Shown here piece by piece: positions 46,413 to 55,076 of a DNA stretch of 64,000 nucleotides. The DNA is from Longimicrobiales bacterium (GTDB lineage Bacteria > Gemmatimonadota > Gemmatimonadetes > Longimicrobiales > Gaopeijiaceae). The stretch's first letter is position 1, and each line of letters opens with the position of its first letter. The notes beneath the pieces were generated by a model that saw only the letters and a list, made by a program, of their open reading frames with translations, made no database searches and was not told the DNA's origin. The stretch is taken from contig JAWLHJ010000002.1 of NCBI GenBank assembly GCA_041690395.1, forward strand, positions 532,751 through 596,750, written 5' to 3'. Both the position numbers and the translations under genes were made by a program.

Positions 46413-47561
46413 TCAGAACGAGCGCGGCATGCCCAGCACGTGCTGGGCGACGTGGGACAGGACCAGGTTGTTCGCGACCGGGGCCACCAGGTACAGCCTC
46501 GCCTCGCGGAACTTCCGCTCGATGCCGTACTCCTCGGCCAGCCCGTAGCCGCCGAAGGTGTCCATGGCGGCGTTGGCCGCCTCCCACGCGGCTTCCGAGG
46601 CCAGGTACTTGCTCATGTTCGCTTCCGCGCCGCACGGCTCCCCGGCGTCGTAGAGCGCCACGGCCCGGTCCCGGAGCGCCGCGGCGCCCATGGTGCGGAT
46701 GTACGCTCCCGCGATGGGGAACTGCACGCCCTGGTTCTGGCCGATGGGGCGCTGGAAGACCACCCTCTCGCCCGCGTAGGCGCTGGCGCGATCCACGAAG
46801 AAGAGCGCGTCGCCCACGGACTCGGACGCCAACAGGAGCCGCTCCGCGTTCATCCCGCTCAGGATGTAGCGGAACCCCTTCCCTTCCTCGCCGAGCAGGT
46901 TGTCCGCGGGCACCTCGAGCTCGTCGAAGAAGACCTCGTTCGTCTCGTGGTTGATCATCGTGTCGACCGGCACGACGCGCAGCGCGTCGCCGGCCTCCCG
47001 CAGGTCCACCACGAAGACGCTCAGACCGTCGGTGCGCTTCGCGACCTCGTCCGCCGGCGTCGTCCGGGCCAGCAGGATCATCAAGTCGGAATGCTGCACG
47101 CGTGAGATGAAGATCTTCTGACCGCGTACGACGTACCGGTCGCCCTTCCGTTCGGCGAACGTCGAGATGCTCGTCGTGTCCGATCCCGCGTCGGGCTCGG
47201 TCACGGCGAACGCCTGGAGCCGCAGGTCGCCCGAGGCGATGCCCGGTAGCCACCTGCGCTTCTGCTCCTCCGAGCCGTGCCGGAGCAGCGTGCCCATCGT
47301 GTACATCTGCGCGTGGCACGCGGCGCCGTTCGCGCCCGAGCGGTTGATCTCCTCGAGGATCACCGCCGCCTCGCGCATCCCGAGCCCCGCGCCACCGTAG
47401 GCCTCCGGGATCAGCGCGCCGAGGTATCCCGCCTCGGTCAGCTCACGGACGAACGCCTCCGGATACGCGCGCTCGCGGTCCAGCTTCCGCCAGTACTCAC
47501 CGTCGTAGCGGGCGCACAGCTTCCGCACCTGGTCCCGCAGCTCCTGGGTCACGTCGCTCAT
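46413..47561 (-). CDS. Acyl-CoA dehydrogenase
   Basis: IPEAYGGAG, CHAQMYTMG, FAVTEPDAGSD, GQKIFIS, GMNAER, FQRPIGQNQG and FGGYG motifs. Confidence 0.95.
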   Translation of the reverse strand: MSDVTQELRDQVRKLCARYDGEYWRKLDRERAYPEAFVRELTEAGYLGALIPEAYGGAGLGMREAAVILEEINRSGANGAACHAQMYTMGTLLRHGSEEQKRRWLPGIASGDLRLQAFAVTEPDAGSDTTSISTFAERKGDRYVVRGQKIFISRVQHSDLMILLARTTPADEVAKRTDGLSVFVVDLREAGDALRVVPVDTMINHETNEVFFDELEVPADNLLGEEGKGFRYILSGMNAERLLLASESVGDALFFVDRASAYAGERVVFQRPIGQNQGVQFPIAGAYIRTMGAAALRDRAVALYDAGEPCGAEANMSKYLASEAAWEAANAAMDTFGGYGLAEEYGIERKFREARLYLVAPVANNLVLSHVAQHVLGMPRSF

Positions 47562-48433
47562 CGTGGTGTCGCCGCACGCTGAAGGGTACGTCGCGCGGCC
47601 TCGACCACCGGCCGGTCCACCATGCCGCCCTCGAAGGAGATGACCCCTCCACCGGCTCGGTGGTAGGCGTCGAGGAGCCGCCGCGCGCGGTCCGCCGCCT
47701 CGGGATCAGGGCGGAAGGCATCGTGGATCGGCTCGATCTGGCGTGGATGGATGGCGGCTTTAGCCGTGAAGCCCAGGCCGGCCACGGCGCGGGCCTCAGC
47801 CGCGACGCCCGCCACGTCGTCCAGCTCGAGATACGGAACGTCGATGACGCCGACGCCACCGAGGGCCGCGGCATGGACCACCCGCGAGCGGGCGTACAGC
47901 AGCGCGTCCCACTCCAGGGAGCAGCCGAGCTCCGCCGCCAGGTCTACGGCGCCGAGGAACAGGGCCGACACACCGGGGACCGCGGCGATGTCCGCCGCGC
48001 TCTCCAGCCCCCGCGCCGTCTCGACCATCGCCACGAGGTTCACGTCGCGACCGCCCGCGGCCAACGCGTCGCGCACCCGCTCGACGTCGGCCGGCCCGTC
48101 GACCTTCGGCACCACGACCGTGAGCGGCTCGGCCGCGGGAAGCGAGGCGAGGGCCGCGAGGTCGTCCGCTCCCGCCTCCGTCCGGGCCGGATTCACCCGC
48201 AAGGCCGACCGGTCCGCCCGCCACGTCGCGCCCTGGATGAGATCCAATACCGAGCGCCGGGCCGCGTCCTTGTCCCCGAGGGCGACCGCGTCCTCGAGAT
48301 CGACGCAGACCAGGTCCGCCCCCGAGGCCAGGGCCTTCGGGTACCTGTCCGTGCGGCTTCCCGGCACGAACAGGAGCGACCTCCACCAGGAAGTGCCGGG
48401 GTGGCGCGCGCCACCCCGGCTCCCCTCATGCAT
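47558..48433 (-). CDS. CitE-family CoA-ester lyase (citramalyl/malyl-CoA lyase-like)
   Basis: RSLLFVPG, DLEDAV, LRVN, VPKV, MVET, GAVDL, IHPRQI and GMVDRP motifs; start reassigned to 48433. Confidence 0.9.
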   Translation of the reverse strand: MHEGSRGGARHPGTSWWRSLLFVPGSRTDRYPKALASGADLVCVDLEDAVALGDKDAARRSVLDLIQGATWRADRSALRVNPARTEAGADDLAALASLPAAEPLTVVVPKVDGPADVERVRDALAAGGRDVNLVAMVETARGLESAADIAAVPGVSALFLGAVDLAAELGCSLEWDALLYARSRVVHAAALGGVGVIDVPYLELDDVAGVAAEARAVAGLGFTAKAAIHPRQIEPIHDAFRPDPEAADRARRLLDAYHRAGGGVISFEGGMVDRPVVEAARRTLQRAATPR

Positions 48434-48438
48434 GCCCG

Positions 48439-50079
48439 TCAATTCGGGCGGAAGTAGCGGTTGCGCTGGTACAGATTGAACGGCTGTACCCCGGCGACCG
48501 ACATCGGCTGATGGGTCATCACGCGCATCATCGGCACCTGCTGCCGCTCGTCGCCACCCGTTTCGTTGGTCTGGAGGATGTGGTCCGCCCATCCCCAGGT
48601 GATCAGGTTGTCGTCCGTCTCGGGCTCGAAGATGTAGTTGATCAGGTTGGCCCGCGACTGAGCCGACGGAATCCAGAACCATCCGGGCACCACGTCGACG
48701 CGCTCGACCTCCTTCTCGGCCTCGACGGCCATCAGATAGTGCCCCTGGAAGTAGCTCTCGACGCTCACGTCGGTGGCGTAATACACCTCGGCATCGAGCG
48801 TCGTCGGCTCACGGAACCGGAAGACCGCGATGTCGTGGTCCTGGAGGATCGGCACGACCGAGGCCATCGACGGCGGGAGCAGGTATCCCACGGGACGAGG
48901 CGTCGTGCGCGTGGGCTCCCAGCGGAGGAAGACGGGAACGTCCTCACGGGAATAGCCCATCGGCGCGTCGTCGTTCGGCATCCAGACGGACTCCGTGCCG
49001 CGCGACGTCAGCTCGTAGTCGAGGATGATCGGGTCTCCACCGGTCGATCCGGCCTCGATGGCCCGCAGGCGCGACGCCGTGGTGAGCGCCCGGATCTCCT
49101 CACGGCGCTCGGCCGCGACCTCGAGGATGGCCGTCGTGGCGAGCACGCCGCCGCGGATCTGATGGAAGTACCGGTCCTCCTCGGCGATCTCCTCGAGCTG
49201 TCCGTTCCGCGAGAGGACACGGGCGTTCGGCGTCTCGAGCAGGATGCCGATCGAGTTGGTCAGCCCCGTGTACACGTGGTGCTTCCGCGGCTCGACCGAC
49301 GTCGAGCCCCAGCCCCGCACACCGTTCTCGGTGCGCACGCCCGAGTAGTCGAACGCCTCGTACCCTTCCGTGCCCACCGCCTGGCGGAGGCGCGGGAAGA
49401 TGACGTCGTACGGATAGGCCCGCAGCTCGTCGTCGGCCGCCGGGTTCAGCGTGCCCTGGTAGGTGATGACGTAGGGCGGGGAGCCGCCGTGGTGTCCGTC
49501 CACGTGGATGTCCGGCGTCCACTCGTTCATGACCTGCGTCACGAGCGCATGGATCTCCTGGGACTCGAGCTTCACGTAGTCGCGGTTCATGTCGTAGCCG
49601 GCCTCGTTCGTGCGCCGCTGCACCTCGCCCCCATCGGGGTTGATCAGCGGAATCGCGAGCACGATCACGTCCTCGAGGAGGGCGCGGAGGTCGCCGCCGA
49701 CGAGATCCTTCGCCACGAGCTGCACCGCTTCCTTCGGGGATACCTCGCCGCCGTGCACCGACGGAGCGAGGAGGACGATCGTCTTCCCGGAGCGGAGCGC
49801 GTCCTGGGGCGTCGCGACCATCGGCTCGGCGATCGTCACCATCATGAACTCACGGTCGAGGAGCGTGTTCGTGAGCGGCTGCATGCTCACGATGTCGCTG
49901 ACCCGGTCGAGCTCGTACCAGAAGTCCATGAGGGGCTCGAACGGCGTGGGCCCGGACCGGAAGTTCTCCTGCTCCTGCCAGGTCTGGGGAAGCTGCTGCG
50001 CGTCGACCGACGTGGCTGATACCGCGAACGGCATCGAGACCACGGCCGCGAGCGCTAAGGCACGGACGAAAGATGACAT
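48439..50079 (-). CDS. Secreted M14-family zinc carboxypeptidase
   Basis: Signal peptide; VHGGE, INPDG, RTN..GYDMNRD and VDGH motifs. Confidence 0.9.
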   Translation of the reverse strand: MSSFVRALALAAVVSMPFAVSATSVDAQQLPQTWQEQENFRSGPTPFEPLMDFWYELDRVSDIVSMQPLTNTLLDREFMMVTIAEPMVATPQDALRSGKTIVLLAPSVHGGEVSPKEAVQLVAKDLVGGDLRALLEDVIVLAIPLINPDGGEVQRRTNEAGYDMNRDYVKLESQEIHALVTQVMNEWTPDIHVDGHHGGSPPYVITYQGTLNPAADDELRAYPYDVIFPRLRQAVGTEGYEAFDYSGVRTENGVRGWGSTSVEPRKHHVYTGLTNSIGILLETPNARVLSRNGQLEEIAEEDRYFHQIRGGVLATTAILEVAAERREEIRALTTASRLRAIEAGSTGGDPIILDYELTSRGTESVWMPNDDAPMGYSREDVPVFLRWEPTRTTPRPVGYLLPPSMASVVPILQDHDIAVFRFREPTTLDAEVYYATDVSVESYFQGHYLMAVEAEKEVERVDVVPGWFWIPSAQSRANLINYIFEPETDDNLITWGWADHILQTNETGGDERQQVPMMRVMTHQPMSVAGVQPFNLYQRNRYFRPN

Positions 50080-50224
50080 CGTATGAAACCTCGAATCTCA
50101 GGGGGGGAATGGAAGAGCGAAAACGAACACGCGGCGACCCCGCGCGCCATCCCGGGTGAAGGACGGCCTGCCGGAAATAGACCCCTATCGTTGCCGGAAC
50201 GCTTGGATCCGGCGACCGTCCGCC

Positions 50225-50743
50225 ATGCGAATTCTGAAGGGCGAGCACGCGACTCGCCACCTCACGTCACCCGGACGCGGCGTGCGTCCCACCGCCGAGA
50301 CCGTCCGGGACCGCGCCCTCGCGCTGGTCGCGGACGATTTCCAGGGAGGGCGGTTCCTCGACCTCTTCGCCGGCACGGGGGCGGTGGGCCTGGAAGCCCT
50401 CTCGCGCGGGGCCCGGTACGTCGACTTCGTCGAGAACGGAGCGTCGGCCCTGCACGCGCTGAAGGCGAACGTCGCGGCGCTCCGCGTCCGGGACCGCGCG
50501 CGCATCTACAAGAAGGACGTGATCCCGTGGGTGGAGCGCCTCGAGGCCGGCGCGTACGATGTCGCGTACGTCGATCCTCCGTACGGGTCGAAGAAGCTCG
50601 ACCGCGTGGTCGAGCGATGGTTGGCCGTCCCGTTCGCTCGCGTCCTCGTCGTGGAGCACGAGCCCGGGCACGAGCTGCCGGCCAAGGGGCTGGCCTACGA
50701 CTTCGAAGGGGGCACCCGGGTCACGATCGTCCGCGGGCCGTAG
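50225..50743 (+). CDS. rsmD: 16S rRNA m2G966 methyltransferase, RsmD family
   Basis: MRILKG, VRPT, LDLFAGTGAVGLEALSRGA and DPPY motifs; start reassigned to 50225. Confidence 0.92.
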   Translation: MRILKGEHATRHLTSPGRGVRPTAETVRDRALALVADDFQGGRFLDLFAGTGAVGLEALSRGARYVDFVENGASALHALKANVAALRVRDRARIYKKDVIPWVERLEAGAYDVAYVDPPYGSKKLDRVVERWLAVPFARVLVVEHEPGHELPAKGLAYDFEGGTRVTIVRGP

Positions 50744-50747
50744 CGGG

Positions 50748-51920
50748 TCATTCCAGGCGCCGCGACACCAACGTGAGCGATCCCTCGGCCCCGCGCTGAC
50801 GCGGCCTCAGCACCGCCAGGAGCTCGTGCCGACGGTCCTCGAGATCGGCGTCATCCCGACCCTGCAGCGCTCCCCGGCCCCGCCAGACACGCTCCTCCCC
50901 CTCGAGAGCGTCGACCTCCGCGCGTAGCGCGCCCGCGGTGTCCGGATCGATCAGGTCGAACACGCTACGCTGCCCGGCCTCGGCCGGCCCCGCCAACCCG
51001 AGCCGCTCCCGGGCCGCTTCGTTCATGTGGAGCACCCGCCCGTCGAGTCCGGCGTGAAGCACGACGCTGTCGGTCGCCTCGACGAGGGCGTGCAGCTCCG
51101 ACCGCGCACGCTCGAGCTCCACGACCGGACGGGCGTCCTCGAGCGAGATGATCCGGCGGGAGCCCTCCGGTCCGTCCACGACATTGACGCTGCACCGCGC
51201 CGGAAACGTCTCGCCACGACCGTCGCGGACCTCGACCCGGCGCGAGCCCAGATGGAAGTGGCTCAGCGCGGGCCCGAACACCTCGTGCGTCGGCCGCGCA
51301 TCCACCGGCGCGAGGACGTCGACCGGACGCCCGAGCAGGTCCTCCCGGCGGTAGCCGAGCAACGCTTCGGCCGCCCGATTCACGCGGAGCACCCGTCCCG
51401 CCAGGTCGGCCACGAGGAGCGCCACGGGCGCCCCCTCCATGACGACATCGACCTCGCGGGCCTTGTCCTCGACGGCGCGCGTCCGTTCCTCGACCATTCG
51501 CTCCAGCCGGAGGCCGTACTCGGCCAGTTCCAGGCGCTTTCTCGCGAGCTCGAGGAAGACGTTGACCTTCGACGTCAGCACCCGGGGATCGAACGGCTTG
51601 AACAGATAGTCGACGGCACCGCTCTCGTATCCCCGGAACACGTGTCGCTGCTCACCGTGCGATCCCGACAGGAAGATGATGGGGAGGCCATCGGTGTCGG
51701 TGGTGCGGCGGAGCCGCTCGGCGAGCTCGTACCCGTCCATCCCCTCCATCTGGACGTCGAGGATGGCGAGCGCGAACTCGCGTGTCTTCACCAGCGCGAG
51801 CGCGTCCTCCCCGCCCTTGGTCCCGATCACGTCGGCGGGAACGTTCGACAGCGTCCGGCGAACCGTGGCGAGGCTCCGCTCGTCGTCGTCGACGACGAGG
51901 ATGCTCAGCATGGCGGCCAT
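50748..51920 (-). CDS. Response regulator with two PAS-like domains (REC-PAS-PAS)
   Basis: ILVVDDD, LDVQM..MDG, GAVDYLFKP; PAS motifs VNRAAEALLGY and MNEAARERLG; no output domain. Confidence 0.85.
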   Translation of the reverse strand: MAAMLSILVVDDDERSLATVRRTLSNVPADVIGTKGGEDALALVKTREFALAILDVQMEGMDGYELAERLRRTTDTDGLPIIFLSGSHGEQRHVFRGYESGAVDYLFKPFDPRVLTSKVNVFLELARKRLELAEYGLRLERMVEERTRAVEDKAREVDVVMEGAPVALLVADLAGRVLRVNRAAEALLGYRREDLLGRPVDVLAPVDARPTHEVFGPALSHFHLGSRRVEVRDGRGETFPARCSVNVVDGPEGSRRIISLEDARPVVELERARSELHALVEATDSVVLHAGLDGRVLHMNEAARERLGLAGPAEAGQRSVFDLIDPDTAGALRAEVDALEGEERVWRGRGALQGRDDADLEDRRHELLAVLRPRQRGAEGSLTLVSRRLE

Positions 51921-51935
51921 GGCGGGCGGGGCCCG

Positions 51936-52307
51936 TCAGTCCTCTTGGAGCGCTTCGGCGACGGCGGCCTGCACGGCTTCGCGGGTGAGCGGCTTCGTCA
52001 AGGTCCGCACCACGCCGAGCGCCTCGGCCGCCTGAAGCACGGGACCCGCGTCCATCTGGCCGCCCCCGCTCATGGCCACGATGGGTGCCTCGGGAAACGT
52101 CTCGCGAACCCGCATGACGAATTCGAGGCCGTCCATGTGCGGCATGAAGATATCCGTGAACACCAGATCGGCCGGGCTGCCGGCGAAGCGTCGCAGCGCC
52201 TGCGAACCGTCCGCGGCCTCCTCCACTTCGTGTCCTTCGGACTCGAGCAGTCGGCGAAGACCGGTGCGGGCCTGGCTGTCGTCGTCGATGATCAGGATTC
52301 TTGCCAA
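51936..52307 (-). CDS. Single-domain response regulator
   Basis: TTG start after GGAG; ILIIDDD, TDIFMP.MDG, AMSGGG and TKP motifs. Confidence 0.9.
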   Translation of the reverse strand: MARILIIDDDSQARTGLRRLLESEGHEVEEAADGSQALRRFAGSPADLVFTDIFMPHMDGLEFVMRVRETFPEAPIVAMSGGGQMDAGPVLQAAEALGVVRTLTKPLTREAVQAAVAEALQED

Positions 52308-52393
52308 GCTGGTCTCCCGGTGTCGGGTCGCGCGTGCCGGTCCAAGAGGGAGCGTGCATGGCGCCGCCCCGTGATGGGCGAAACATGCCCGGA

Positions 52394-52410
52394 ATGCAGC
52401 CGGGCCGCCA
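52394..52410 (-). promoter_or_regulatory. Possible sigma-54 promoter
   Basis: The minus strand reads TGGCGGCCCGGCTGCAT (GG-N10-GC), upstream of the response regulator; weaker match than the 21114 site. Confidence 0.35.
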
Positions 52411-52559
52411 CCCCGGGGGGATCTCACCTGTCGCGTCTCACGCTCTGCCTGTAGCTTGTTGCGCTGCGCACCCCCCCCTTTTGGCGCATCACGGCCCACC
52501 GGCGCTCCATGCCGGAAGGTCATCTCGCCGTCCGAAGAATGGGATATCCGGGGGATCGC

Positions 52560-54503
52560 ATGTCGCGAACGCACCACGACGGGGGCCATCCCGCTCAGAG
52601 GGTGCTCATCGTCGAGGACGAAGCGTCCGACGCGGTCGTGCTCACGCATGCGTTGGCCGGACTCGGCATTCCGCACGCTTCGATCTTCCGGGCATCGAGT
52701 CTCGGCGAGGCGCTGAGCCGGCTCGCGAGCGCCCGTCCCACCCTGGCCATCGTCGACCTGGGCCTGCCCGACAGCGAGGGGCCGGATACCGTGCGTCAAC
52801 TCCGGGCCCGGGCGCCGGACCTCCCGCTCATCGTCATCTCCGGGGCAGCCGACACCGTGGCGGCGGCCCGCAGCCTCCAGGAAGGCGCCGACGACTACCT
52901 GGTGAAGGGCGACTTCGATGCGCGCGCCCTCGACCGTGCCGTCCGCCACGCGGGCGAGCGCCGCCGCCTCTGGACCGAGGCCAGGCTGAAGACGTTGGAG
53001 ATCGAGCGCGCGGAGCGTCGGCTCCGGGCGGTCGTCGAGGCCAACGCGGACGGCATGTTGATCGTCGACGGAGCCGGTGTGGTCCGCTTCTCCAACGAGA
53101 GCGCCCGTGCGCTCTTCGGGCGGCCCGGCAGGAGCCTGAACGGCGTCGAGCTGGCGCTGCCGGTCACGAACGAGACGGATGCCGTCGAAATGGACGGCCC
53201 CGACCGCGGAGACGGCCCCGTGCGCCTCGAGCTGCGGGCGCGTCCGATCGAGTGGGAAGGATCTCCGGCCCAGCTCGTCGTGCTCCGCGACGTCACGACA
53301 CAGCGCCAGCTCGAGGAGCGGCTACGGCAGTCCCATAAGATGGAAGCCCTGGGCAAGCTGACCGGCGGTATCGCGCACGACTTCAACAACGTCCTGGCGG
53401 TGATCCTGAGCGGGACGGACGTGCTCGCCGAGCTCGTTCCCGTCGAGCTGAACGACGCCCACCGGGAGCTTCGGGAGATCGAGGTGTCGGCCCGGCGCGC
53501 CGCCGGAATGGTGCGCCGCCTGCTCGGCTTCAGCCGCAAGGAGTACCTGAGGTTCGAGACGCTGGACGTGCGCGGCTTCACGAACGACGCCCTCTCCCTC
53601 GTGCGACGCATGCTCGACGACCGGGTTAGGCTCGAGCATACCTTCGAGGACGGGATCGGGGAGATCCGGGCTGATCCCGCGGCGTTACAGCAGATCTTCC
53701 TCAACGTCGCCGCGAACGCCCGCGACGCCATGCCCGAGGGCGGCACGCTCTCGATCGCGGTCGCCCGCATGGCGCTCGACGAGTCCCACCGGAGCCGCTA
53801 TCCGTGGGTCCGCCCCGGCACCTACGAGCGGATCTCGATCCAGGACACAGGGACCGGCATGACCGGCGAAGTCGTCGGGCGGATCTTCGAGCCGTTCTTC
53901 ACGACCAAGGGGCCGGACGAGGGCACAGGGCTCGGCATGGCCATGGTCTACGGTCTCATGAAGCAGCACCGCGGACTGGTCCACGTGGAGTCGGAGCTCG
54001 GCCGCGGAACCCGGGTGGACCTCTTCTTCCCGAGTGCCCACGACGACGACAGGGAGCAGCCCGCGTGTGCCATCCCCGAGCGGAAGCCGGCAGGAGACGC
54101 GGCGGCCGGCGGCCACGAGACCTTGCTCGTCATCGAGGACGAGCCCGCCCTCCGCCGGGCGATGGAGCGGGTCCTGGGCACCGCGGGCTACGTCGTGCTG
54201 CTCGCCGGCGACGGCCGGGAGGGACTCGAGATCTACGAGCGCGAGCGGGACCGGATCGACATGGTGGTGTCGGACCTCGTCATGCCGCAGCTGGGCGGAC
54301 GGGAGGTGCTGGCGGGACTTCGGCGCAGCGATGCCCACATCCCCTTCCTCCTCGTCACCGGCTACGGCGTGGAGTACGTGGAAGAGCTCCGGGACGACCA
54401 CGTGTCCATGCTGACGAAGCCGTGGAGCCGTGACACGCTACTGGGAGCGGTGCGCTCGGCTCTCGACGGGCGGGGTGCGCTCAGAAACAGGGCGAGCGGA
54501 TGA
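52560..54503 (+). CDS. Cytoplasmic hybrid histidine kinase (REC-PAS-HisKA-HATPase-REC)
   Basis: VDLGLPD, GIAHDFNN, NARDAM, DTGTGM, EPFFTTK, GTGLG and SDLVMP motifs. Confidence 0.93.
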   Translation: MSRTHHDGGHPAQRVLIVEDEASDAVVLTHALAGLGIPHASIFRASSLGEALSRLASARPTLAIVDLGLPDSEGPDTVRQLRARAPDLPLIVISGAADTVAAARSLQEGADDYLVKGDFDARALDRAVRHAGERRRLWTEARLKTLEIERAERRLRAVVEANADGMLIVDGAGVVRFSNESARALFGRPGRSLNGVELALPVTNETDAVEMDGPDRGDGPVRLELRARPIEWEGSPAQLVVLRDVTTQRQLEERLRQSHKMEALGKLTGGIAHDFNNVLAVILSGTDVLAELVPVELNDAHRELREIEVSARRAAGMVRRLLGFSRKEYLRFETLDVRGFTNDALSLVRRMLDDRVRLEHTFEDGIGEIRADPAALQQIFLNVAANARDAMPEGGTLSIAVARMALDESHRSRYPWVRPGTYERISIQDTGTGMTGEVVGRIFEPFFTTKGPDEGTGLGMAMVYGLMKQHRGLVHVESELGRGTRVDLFFPSAHDDDREQPACAIPERKPAGDAAAGGHETLLVIEDEPALRRAMERVLGTAGYVVLLAGDGREGLEIYERERDRIDMVVSDLVMPQLGGREVLAGLRRSDAHIPFLLVTGYGVEYVEELRDDHVSMLTKPWSRDTLLGAVRSALDGRGALRNRASG

Positions 54504-54524
54504 GGTCCTCGGCCGCTGAGCTGC

Positions 54525-54896
54525 TCAAGGGGCGCTCAGAGCCGCCGCGACCACCGAGCGCACGCGTTCCGGATCGAGCGGCTTCTCCACGACGTCGAAG
54601 GCGCCCAGGGCTCTCGCGTCACCCAGGGCGGCGTCCATCGGCATGGCACCGCCCCCCGACATCGCGACGACGGGTCGCTCCGGGAAACGCTCGACGACCC
54701 ACAGGACGAACTCGATCCCGTCCATCTCCGGCATGAAGATGTCCGTGAAAACGAGATCGACCGGCTCGCCCTCGACGATGTCGACCGCCTCCGCGCCGTT
54801 GCCGGCTTCGAGGATCTCGTGCCCGTCCCGGGAGAGGATGCGGGCGAGCGCGGATCGCACGGGGGCTTCGTCGTCGATGATGAGAATCTTCGCCAT
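54525..54896 (-). CDS. Single-domain response regulator
   Basis: MAKILIIDDE, TDIFMPEMDG, AMSGGG and EKP motifs. Confidence 0.9.
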   Translation of the reverse strand: MAKILIIDDEAPVRSALARILSRDGHEILEAGNGAEAVDIVEGEPVDLVFTDIFMPEMDGIEFVLWVVERFPERPVVAMSGGGAMPMDAALGDARALGAFDVVEKPLDPERVRSVVAAALSAP

Positions 54897-55076
54897 CGTT
54901 TGCCGAGGGCTGAGCGTGTCCGAAGGGTACGCCCAAACGTACCGGATTCCCGCGCGCGCGCCACGGCGGGTGTCGATTCGGCGCGACGGTGACCATCTTT
55001 CGATGCGACCATCCCCCCACGTGCCGGGCACGCGCATACCGCCCGTACCGGCGAATCCCCAGAGGAGGTACCGTCC

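Noticed and set aside
52520..52550. FliA/sigma-28-like promoter before the hybrid kinase
   Set aside because: Spacing between the putative -35 and the CCGAAGAA element is too short.
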